Assembly: GCA_000708835.1 (NCBI GenBank)
Contig: DF237013.1
Coordinates: 67,071 to 131,070, forward strand
Direction: 5' to 3'
DNA: 64,000 nucleotides
Origin: Klebsormidium nitens
Lineage: Eukaryota > Plantae > Klebsormidiophyceae
The translations under genes and the position numbers were made by a program. Shown piece after piece: positions 1-10,800 of this stretch; the first letter of the stretch is position 1; the number at the start of each line of letters is the position of its first letter. Below the pieces are notes generated by a model, which was given only the letters and a program-made list of their open reading frames with translations, was not told the origin of the DNA and did no database searches.

Positions 1-47
1 TTGCCCTGATTCTGTTTCTGACCATACTTTTCCCCCCCCGAAAACAG

Positions 48-1658
48 GTGAGCAGCCACACCAAGTGGCTGGAGGATGTGGTGGCGCACTGCGAGAACAA
101 GATCACGATCGACTTCCCCATCATTGCTGACCCCACGCGCGAGATCAGCGTCAAGTACGGCATGCTGGACCCCACCATCAAGGACAAGGAGGGCCTGCCC
201 CTCACCTGCCGCGCCGTCTTCATCATCGGTGAGAGGAGGTCTCTCGCATCTAGTTGGCCAGTTGACTTCGGAGAAGGTCGTGGGTCTCTGCGCATGTGGT
301 TGGCGATCCATGTTTTCGAACGTCGTTGGTTCTCGTTAAGATGCTCTCCGGCGTTTCCACAGCAGTATCTTATACCTCCTTTGTACAGGCACGCCCACAG
401 CAGTATCTTATACCTCCTTTGTACAGGCACGCAGACAGTGACTCGGGTCTAGCAAACAGTTTGTAAATACAGGACGCCATTTGAGTTCGTGTCTCTGCTC
501 GGGCAAGGTTTCAAAAATCGTCGTCCTTTTCTCATCTTCCATTGCCGATCCGCAACGTGCTTGGAAAGTTAGAAACCTTTGCTTCGTCTTCAAAGCGACC
601 GCTCCGTCCGTTCTCTGAAATGTCAAGACAAGTCACCGAAGCAAAGCTCGCTCCCCTCTGACTTCCCTGACAGAGCCACAGGCATCCTCGCTCGACGCAC
701 TCTGAGTCCCTTCTCTTTTCTTTGCAGGCCCCGACAAGAAGCTGAAGCTGTCTCTGAACTACCCCGCTTCCGTCGGCCGCAACATGGACGAGATTGTGCG
801 AGTGACGGACGCCCTCATGCTCTCCGCCAAGCACTCCATCGTAAGTCCCTCCTACCTGCTCCTTAGAAAGAAAGTCGGGTGCTGGCGGAGTTGCTGAAAG
901 TGTTAGCGAGGGCCACCGTTCGAAAAGCTGCCGTGAAAGCGTGACTCTTTCTCGGTTGAAGGGCCGTACAAGAAACGCCGACATCAGCGCTCTTACAAAG
1001 TAGTACCCACTTGAAATGTCGACCTCGTGTGGGTTCGGGGTCGCAAAGATGGAAAGACCGATAGCGTGCACGCTTTGGCTTTCGAGCGCAGCACGTTCGT
1101 GGAGTCCCGTCACGGAAGATCGCTGACAGTCCCCTTTTGCCCCCGCTCTGGCTCCTCTGCGCCGTACTGCTCCCATCCGCGTCCTCGTTGCTTCCATGAC
1201 CTTCGCATCGTATTCACAGAAAGGCCTGCTTCAGTAATCCTAGTAATCCTAGTAATCCTAGTAATCCTAGTAATCCTAGTAATCCTAATAATCCTAGTAA
1301 TCCTCTTGCTAGATCAGCTTCCCTCCTTCCTTTCCATAACCCCTCCCGCGAGCACCCTCCGCCAATTGGCTCAAGATTAGAAACCAGCGCCGAATTCCTG
1401 CTCCGATCTCTTTCACAACCGAAGTCTTTCTCCTAACCCACCATTCCTGTTTCCTAACCCCTATTCCTCGCTGCGCAGGCACTCCCCGCGAACTGGCCCA
1501 ACAACCACGAGAGCATCGGCATGAAGGGCTCCGCGTTTTTGCTGCCCACCGTGACCAAGGAAGACGCGCAAAAGTACTTCCCGGGATACAAGACGTGCGC
1601 GGTGCCGTCGGGCGTAGAGTACCTCCGCCTAACCAAGATCGAAGACCTGAAGTTGTAG
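48..1658 (+). CDS. PER1: 1-Cys peroxiredoxin (PRDX6/PER1 family), copy 1; 5' exons lie outside the window
   Basis: Exons 48-228, 728-840 and 1479-1658 have canonical AG/GT ends and consistent phases. They encode VSSHTKWLEDV...FPIIADPTREISVKYGMLDP...[41 protein letters not shown]...ALPANWP...PSGVEYLRLT, the 1-Cys Prx C-terminal half. Nearly identical to the copy at 31145-33988. Confidence 0.95.
357..432. repeat. Perfect 38-bp tandem duplication in a Prx intron
   Basis: ccacagcagtatcttatacctcctttgtacaggcacgc occurs at 357-394 and 395-432. Confidence 0.95.
1233..1304. repeat. 9-bp minisatellite (agtaatcct)x8 in a Prx intron
   Basis: Eight units read directly, one with a g>a change. It produces the spurious ILVILV ORF 1027..1380. 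Confidence 0.95.
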
Positions 1659-4600
1659 ATGGGCTCGAGCGGTCTGAGTTGGAAATGGGTCAGGGAGAGT
1701 TTCATGTTGGGTTACTAAGTACGGTGGTGTTACTAAGAGTTGGTGTAAATCCGATGAACCTGGGATGATTACTAAGTACACAGAACGCGCGCTCGCTTTT
1801 GGGAAGGTTCGTTGATTGGAGCTTGCCACGTGTGCTTAACAGATAGATCTTCACAAGCGACCTGGCAGCCCCTATAATATACTCGAGTCAGCTCGTTGTC
1901 ATAAGCAGTAGCTAGCTGTCTTGAACCATTTTGAAACATGACATATAAAGCCTTTCTGTCGTTCAAAGCTTCTTCGTCTTCTTCGAGCCACTGCTTACGC
2001 ATCGCCTCGCTCCATCGCGATTGAATCTGGATACGTCTCATTGATACGCTTGTTGATGCAAAATCCAAAAACGGAACAAGGGGCCGTGAAAGGTAGTGTG
2101 TTCGTCACTAGAACACATTCGCCAGTGATTGAACATATTCAACATGTCGTTAATATGTTCCAGATTAGCAGCCCCATGGATTCGGCCGGTACTATTTCCA
2201 GCTCCTTCGATCGCGAATCTCACGGCGAGTGAGGGGCTTCGTCATGCAAGAACATATAACAGCCTGCTCACGGTGCATGTCCGGAGAATGAGGTTAGTCG
2301 ACTGGAGCTGATTCGACTTTTCGGGATAGTTTTGATAAGGAGCATCCGGAAATGCACTTCGCATTTCCTCATTACTTGTGTTTAGAAGACTCGGGTTTTG
2401 TCGGAGACTAGTCCAGACGCGCTGTTAGAAGCAAAGCACCGAGCCGCCGCCGTTATTAGTTGCCACTGATCCGCTACTGCCACCAGGGGACTGTTTCTCG
2501 ATCAGCTTAGAAATTTGGGTGCGAGGCTGCACAATTCCACTGCGACGCAATCCGTAAAGCTGTGCCACTTCATTCCTCTCTGCCAGACAACCACTGGTCC
2601 ACTGGGCGCACTGTGGGCCCGCACTTATCTCCAATCGAAAACGCCGGGGAACTTATGAGGAACTATCCAAGTGTCAAGCGTAGGCCTTTTAAAGTTTTAA
2701 CTTGAGCATTTCATGTATCGCCCTTGTTCGCTTCAGCCAAGCCATCACGGGAGTGCAGGACGTTACATAGGCCCAGTACTTTAGCACAACCGCGCGCAAC
2801 GAATTTTTGACGCCAAATATTTATAGATGAGAGTTGAGAGGAAAACAAAGCCTGCAGGAGGATGTTTCTGATGTTCACCAATTGCAGTTGTGAATGCTAG
2901 ATATAGTACGCTGTCAGGTGCAATTCGAGGAAGAGCTAAAGAGTCAGAGCCACCGATTGCCTTTGCTGAAGATCACAGTTTGGATGATCGGTTGAGCTCT
3001 TCTGGGCTCTTCTGTCTGCTCTCTCGCACTCTCGCTTCTAAGAATGCTTGAAACCCGCTTGAAAGTCGGGGCGAAGTGCTGAACGGGCAAAGCTCCATTA
3101 ATATACACTTAAACCGGGAAGTCCGTTGGAAGTCCACTCCGCTAAGAGGAATGCCGAGGGAATGCCGGAGATGCAGATTAGGTAGCCTTCAAGAGAGGCG
3201 CTCACTAGGAGTCGAGCGTTCAATATACTGCTTCTCAGTATTGCGAGTATGGCAGTACTGTCGCGTGATGTTCTCTTTTCAAACGCCGTAGCCACATGGG
3301 CCATAGGCTTCCATGGCATACATGGGAATAAATGAATAAGTGATCGTTCAGTGTCATTCAATGCCTCGACGGTCTGCCTTTCCAGCAAGTTTACGGTCCG
3401 GCAAATTGGCTGAACCATCGACGATCCTGATTGGTCGACTCACCCACATGGACCATGTGAGTTTGGACACGTGTACCACATGTCAATCATGACGCCAGCC
3501 GTCGAGCAAAACGTCACCTCGTGAAGGCCGCCTCGGAGGAGTCGCCGCATCCCAATGCTTCCTTACCGGTCACAAACACGCCCGGGAGCAAGCCACATTT
3601 ACCGCTTCTTTCCTACCGGAAAGATACTACTGGGGCCGAAATCATCATTCTTCCGTGAAAATGGAAGCTACTGCAGAGGCGCCAGATTGCGAAGAGGCCG
3701 CGAGCAATCTGCACTCATGTGCGGTACTTTTGCAGTGTGGCAGGCTGCAATTTGCACGAGGCGCCATGGCTGCTGCACATGTCAAAGCAACATTGTGAGC
3801 TGTGTATGTACCATTCTAGTTAATTACCTGGTGGTCTGGAGATTGTGCTCAAGATACCTAGCTAGCTAGCTGTGAGTTGTTTTGAACTGCAGCTCTGTTT
3901 GCTGCACAGAGGCGGGCCGCTCGGGGAGTGCTCAGCACCGTCTATGCATTGCGGAAGGGTAGGCAACAGGGGGCAGGTCGTCAACTACTTGGATGGAGCC
4001 TGCAATGCGGGGTTTGCAGATGGGGCTGTGTTGCCATGAGTCGCAAGAATAGATTCTTCGGCATCGGGCTGTTTGCTAGGTACTGTAGCGGTGTGCACGA
4101 CTCACGGAAGGGAGCTGGATGCACTTGACTGCCAGATTTAAAAGCGCGAACAGTGCATTGATAGGTTTTGATTGGAGGTGTGGAGTCAACTTGGGTCGAT
4201 TGCCACCAACCTCATTCTGAGAACGAAGTGCCCTTGAAAGTGCTGCTGAAGCTGAGGTGAGGTGCGCTCTTCGCCGCCTCAAATCCCCAGGCACAAGATT
4301 GATGCATAAATGCAGGAAGCATCTTCTTGAGTTCTATCAAGCCCTCAAGTGCTTAATTGTAAATTGGTGTTGTGTGTATGTTTCAACATCACACGAAACG
4401 TGTATTAGTGGGGTCCTCAAGTGAGTAACCGTCAACCGCGTGGGCCTTGTTTGAGCTTAAAGATCCTACGGAGGGCTTCGGGCGCCGCACTACTTGATCA
4501 GAATCTTTGGGATGCCCCCATTTTGTTACTTGCATGCCTGCTTCCAGATAGGTTGCACCAGAGAGTGAGGCCACAGGCGTGTGCTCCTGAGAAAGCCACT

Positions 4601-7600
4601 TGTACTCTGCACTTTTGCCCGAATATAGAGCCCGAATGTGGGGTTTGTGATAGTTCAAATGTGGGTCCCTTGAAGTAAGGACAATGAATCCGCATACTGG
4701 GACTGATGCTTCTTCCTGTCTGGGCCGATGCTTGCTGCATGAGTTGCATTTGCTCGCCAATCCACATTGGATGGGGCCCGGAAAAATGCCATTGAATACA
4801 GCCACAAAACGTGAAAGCTCTTTGAGGAGAACGGTGGGAGGAACCATTTGAACAGAGTAGGCCAACATGTACTTAGCATCTTCACGACTTCCGGAGTTTC
4901 GGGAAACTCTAGAATGAAAATCTGGGCCAGTTGGGCCATACAAGCCGACCTGGTCGATTATCTTTGTGTCTGGGCTGTCGGCCCCTCAAAGCCCGTGTCA
5001 GGTGTCTGGCAATTCTGCCCTCCCACGAACACAAACCATTACCTCAGCTTTCTATGCACCGCGATCTTGCGGACTTACGACTTTCATCACCTTCAACTTA
5101 AACAAATTCTGTAAGTGCGCCCAAATGTAGATGCAGAACCCAAGAGTTGGTGGAGCATTTATCCTGATGTTGGGCCAGAACAGAGTACATGTTCGTGAAC
5201 TTTCTTTGCTTGGGCTTCGTTCTTCTTGATGAGGAAGTATCTGGACAAGGATCTCAAAGGGGCCATGATTGGGGGCGCAGGGACCCACAGAAACCCACTA
5301 CTTCATCTGCAATGAATGGAGCAATGTCGGGCATCAAGCTTCGTTCCCTCTTACATTTCTTTACTGAACTAAAGGCAAATCTGGGTCGATGGATGCACTT
5401 TTTGCAGAACCTGCATTGTGCAACCGCAAGCGCAATCTTGAAGCTACTCCTACATTTTCTTAGAATCTCTGACTCAGGGTCAGCCAGAGGTTCACGCGCC
5501 CAAGTCTCTGTGAAGCCAGGGGGAAAGGCGGAGTTGGGCTCAGCCAAAGTGCCCCACAAAAAATACCGCGAGAGAAGCAAGAAAGTTTCAGTTGCCAAGC
5601 TTTGCTGACGTAGTTTGTTCTTCTTGTCCAGTGAAACTACCAAGAAGGGGCAACACAAGGAGCCAAGATGAAGTGTCTTGGAGTCGACATCTCGCGGCCC
5701 CTGTTCGAGTTCTTAACCTCGCTCTCGCGCCAGCCCCCTCTAGTTATCCAGTACAATGGCTGCCAGGTGAGGTCCTCGTCGAAAGTGTTGTCTGCGAATT
5801 AAATATTTGCGTTGAACAATCTTGCAGATTGAGCATTGGCAATGTAATTCTACTCCCCCCTGTCAGTCCGCATATTTTGTCTGGTTTGATTTCTTGAAGT
5901 ATCAGGGGCCTACAAACCAAAAGGGACCTACATCGTGAAGTTGTCAGCTTGTCTTCCAAGAAGTTGATAATGGCTCTTGATCGAGAAAGAACCCTCTGGG
6001 CCCTAATGAATCCTGCTAACTTTACAAAGGCGTGTGACTCAAGTACACAAGGTTAAGCACTTAGAAAGATACTCTCTTGTATAACTTCCCCTAGATGTGT
6101 ATGGACTCTCGCAAACAAAAGCTACATTAACAAAAGCGGTATTGCCTGGTGAAATTGTTTCTTTGTTCAGCGTTTGTTTCTCATGAGGGGGCCTCGATTT
6201 CTCTCTTGGCATGCCTCTCTTGAGAGGCTGGGCTTCACATGGATTACTCTTGAGCCTGCTTTGTGTTTCTTGGACTGTCGATTCGTACACAGAACGCAAC
6301 TCAAATGGCCCTAAGTTATCTCAAACCCACTACAAAGGGGCATGCACGTTTCTACACGTTTTCCCCCTGTGGCTGTTTGGAGTAAGGGCTGGACGCGGGC
6401 TTTAAAAACTTGGGCGCATAATGAGAGTTTTCCTTGCCTCGTCTCTTTGACTTGGACAAGACAAGCACGATTCTGCAATGCAGTCTAAAGCAGCATTTTC
6501 CCCTGGCAAGACAATGAAAAGAACAGTGCTGTCTCAGGCATTGTGCTGGAAAAGATGAGGCATCTTGTAAACCCACTTCTCAAGTGCAAATGCGCTTTGT
6601 GCTCTTTCTTTGGCAAATACCAGCTGGCTGCCTTTCAATCAGACCAACTTCATTGTGCATGTTGATTGGTGTGACGAGAGATAATCTCAGGATGCGAGGG
6701 ACTCCCCCAACATGATATGACTGGGATCACACGGCTTGCAGTTCTGGCCTTCATTCAATTGCGGGCACTTGACTCTTGCCTCAGAAGGACCCCTTTCTGG
6801 ATTGTTCAGAAGCCTGTTTCTACTTTTGAGTTCACAGAGCACGATTGCCTCCCCTTTCTGTCAGGTGTTCGAGCTGCAAACCGGACCTGCATTGTCCTAC
6901 CGCCTGCTTCTGTCTGCTTCCAGAAGTTGAAAACAGAACCTCACAATTGGTATTAGTCTTTGATCAGACAACAGTGGACCGAGGTTGCAGTACTCTTTAA
7001 GAATGCGACCTTAATCATGACCAGAGAATTGACCGTCCCTGCAGAGGCCCGATGTTTCCACCCGCGGCAAGTACGGTTGCAAGGATGCGGTACAGCCCTC
7101 CCTGGCGCAGTTTCTCGACGAACTTCGGACATGGGCGGCCAGCCTCGGACAGGCGGTCCAGGGGTGTCACGAAGTGCCCCCGAGACTGATCTGCGCATCC
7201 CTCGCCATCATTCTCAAGGCAAGTGTCCAGAAAAAGAGCTTATTTCTGTCTATGCTTGTTTGGGCAGGTGTATGTGCGTGTTGGCTGAATATCATCCTGA
7301 ATGCAAACACGCGTAAATAGAGGTCTGTTTTCCCCTTCTGCTTCGGAATCAGTATGTCTGTGTCTGCGTAGATTGAGTGGAATCTGTCTCATGTTTGTGC
7401 CTGAATGGATTGAAATGTGTTTTTGGTGGTAAACTCCCGCTTAGAGCCTGATTTCTGTGGGCCACTGGTTTGCTTGCCTTCTCTTTCGGAATGCTGCATG
7501 AAAGCAGGTCGAATCAAGGAGGTTACTGTTTCGATTTGTGGGTCAGAACTGCCCACGTGCTTCTGGGAATGCTCAAAGGATCGAACGAAGATTTTTGGTG

Positions 7601-7877
7601 CCGTCAAGTGACGAGTTTCTAATTCTGTTGTGTTGCCATGTTAGATTGCGAATGAATGTTCCTTAGGGAACTCCTAATGTACCAAGCTAGTAAATTGACT
7701 CCGAAGGGTCAGTATGCTAGTTTGATACCGGAACGCTGCAATGTGTTCATACTGAGTCCTTTCAGTTCGTCAAGCACTCGCATCTCCTACACTTACACGC
7801 CTGCAAACAATCGAGATGTCCTCTTTTAACCAAGCACTCACGTATTCTCCCTTTACTCTTCCTTACAGAAATGTGGC

Positions 7878-10800
7878 ATGTACACAATCGAGGCCGAGAT
7901 CGGCCTCGCCCAAATGGAGAAGTCCCTCGCAGAACAGTACTGCGAGCAACAGGCCGAGAACTTCGTTCCCACCGAAGTCCCCTTGGGCGAAACGTGGGTG
8001 CTCTATCATCAGCGGGATCCGCACGCCGATGCCAACCCGAAAGCCAAAGCGACTCCCCCGCACTCTGATGCGCGCTCAAAGTCGCCCGAGCCATGGGTAT
8101 TGTACCATCAGCGCGCGGCGGAGAGCGGCGCTGATGTCAGAGAGGCGAAGTCTCAGACCCCGGACGAAGCGAGCTGTCCCCGAAGCGATGGAAATGGGCA
8201 GAAAGGGGAGGCCGGATTGGAGGCGGATAGCGGGGAGAGGCGCGAGGAGGGGAGTGACGTCATCGCCGAGAATCCGGGGAGCGGCGCAGTGGTTGAGCAG
8301 GGGAAGGAAAAAGAGGTTGCGGAGACACGGGATCTGGTGGGAGAACTAGAGGCGAGGAACCCGAAGAGCCTGTGCACTCTGATGTCGGAGTCGCAGACGT
8401 GGGTGCTTTACCACCAGAGGGACGACATGGGTGCCCAGCCGGAGGCGGCAGCGACAGCTGGCACCGAGCGTGTGACAGCTGGCATGGAGGGTCCGAGTGC
8501 TTCTGAGGATGATGTGACACCTGGCAAGGAGTGCGTGACAGCTGGTGGAGAGGAGGTGACAGCTGTTACGGCCGAGGCGACAGCTATCGAGGGGATGGAG
8601 GGGGAGGAGACAGCTGGCTGGGGCTCTCCTGAGGCGCAGACGACAGCTGTCGAGGACGACCGAGACGAGGACGTTGCCATCCTTGATGTAAGTGAAGCTT
8701 TTTGCAGCCTTTTGGGTCATGGGAAACCCTGTATTGATGTCCCGTCTTGCAACGCTCTGATCAACTCTGTGTCTTCGTCTTGTAAGACTCCGGAGTCACA
8801 TGGGGCTATTAGAAACATGTGGCGGCATCTTTCAGTCCATCGATCGGGGACCTTTTCTGTCCCCGGAACCGATAGCCGTTTTGGGAGTGCTTTTGCAATG
8901 CCCTCGAAGCCTGGCTCTCGTTGGTAGGTCAAACTGCCCCCTCATGTACACTTGGTGTTTTTAGACCCCGTTTCTGCAATTCTGCTTTTTGATAATCCGT
9001 TCGTCATTGATTTCTTCCTGAAACGCCGAAGATTGACGTTCTTGATTCGTTTTGCAGGCTGCCTCCATTCAGACTCGCAGCGCAGCCGCCCAGCGCAAGC
9101 GTCGCGCGAGCTCGCCGAAGGAGCCCCCGCCAAAACGCGTCCAGACCGAGAACGTCCCTCTGCAAGCAGGTAAGAAACCAAATTTCAAACCGACATCCAT
9201 TCTTTTGATTGGTAAAAGGAATGTGGTCCACTTCTGCCAAACTCCATAAGGCCGGCCCATCTACTCTTGCTGGAGAAGCATTCCGTCTCTTGGGCCCCTC
9301 CTTTCGACAGTCTATTCCCTGAGGCAGCCCCTGACTTAATCTTCACCTGCTTTGTCCCTTCTGCCAGCGTCCAGCTACCAGACGGAGACGGACAAGGGGG
9401 CTCCCACCAAGAGCACCAGCACCAGCAGAGGTAAGTTTTGCTGGGCTTTGCTTGAAATCACTTCTGCAGATTCTCGGAGCCCCTCACCTCCTACACGGGC
9501 TCCGCTGTATGCAATGACTGGAACGGTTTACAAGTTCCTGTCCGTATGTTGAGCCTTAAATCCAAATCGGTCTGGACGATTCGCAGGCGAGAGCGTTGCC
9601 TGTCCGGTTGGGGTTTGAGTAAGTCCAGGACGAGAGATTACCAGCCAAGTATCGATATACTCCTGGTGATACATAACTTTTAACCAGAAATCTAGCAAGC
9701 AATTTGCTCACCGTTGATCTCATCTTTAGAAGAGCCCAAACCTCGCCACTTTGGTCAGAGTGACAACAATACGCTTCTCCAAACTCGCATTTTCAAAACC
9801 TCCTTTCACTGTTTTGTTTACAGGGAGACGGGGCAAGGGCAGCTGCGGCAAGCCGGGTCAAAAGCTAACCCTCGCTGACCTGGAGAGTCAGTTCGGCGTG
9901 ATCCAAAAGCAGGCCGCGAAGAACCTCAACGTTTGTGCCACGACGCTCAAGCGCGCCTGCCGCAGGCACGGGATCGAGCGGTGGCCGCGACAGGAGACGT
10001 TGGAGGGAGCGATCGTGTCAGGTGAGAAGTCGTGGGAAGAAAGAAGTTTCGTCTTGATACCATTCCTTGGTACATACGTGACTTCCTGAAACCAGTTGGG
10101 CGTGAGATATACTAGGGCGCGATTGTCCGAGTGCTCACTGGAAAAGGAATCAGAGGGTCCTTTCTCATTGGCATCGAGCAGGGAACAGTTCTTGGAGGAG
10201 GAAACGCAAGGCCTTTCATTTCGGGCAGCGACGCATCTAGACTGTCCGGGTCGGAAGCACTTTCTGCTTGGCGTTGCCACTTGCGAAGCAACGTTTTCCC
10301 ACGGAGACCTTCCGAATACCCTGTATTGTGAGCTCTTTCGCCGACTCGTTGCTTTCTGGTGATCTTCAGATGGTTTTCGTTGGAATCTAGCCTACCGAAG
10401 TCACCATCCATCAACTGAAGAACGGAATTCTGACCCATCGTTGATTGTTGTCCACAGTCAAGAGCGTGGCCGCCTCGGAGGTGACGTCCCAAGCCGACAG
10501 CCTTGCGGACAGTGCGCAGAAGCGGGCGTCCAAAAGCGCGGGGCGTCCGAACCGGGAGGTAAGAAGACCCGTTCTTGAGCACTGCTTGAGTCCAGATTCT
10601 TGCGCCTATATAAGCTGCCGACATCGTTCTTCAGTTACAATGTTGGTCGAGATTTGTTCAGCTAAAGATCGATCCATTGATGCAGCAAATTCGAGACAGC
10701 CAACCTCCTTATGTACTTCTTGCGTGAGCTCGTCGCAATCGCGCAAAAACAATGTACTTTTAAACACGTCGCCCATGAACAGCTCGGTGCAACTACAACT

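Noticed and set aside
532-1197. 221-aa minus-strand ORF
   Set aside because: Antisense shadow over a Prx exon and introns; no recognisable motifs.
357-1304. Possible CRISPR-like repeats
   Set aside because: These are head-to-tail tandem repeats without unique spacers in eukaryotic introns, and no cas genes are present.
1027-1380. ORF with an ILVILV hydrophobic run that looks like a membrane protein
   Set aside because: It is the translation of the 9-bp intronic minisatellite inside the Prx intron.
8688-8927. C-terminal part of the 349-aa ORF 7878..8927
   Set aside because: A strong gtaagt donor at 8688 and a composition change indicate read-through into an intron.
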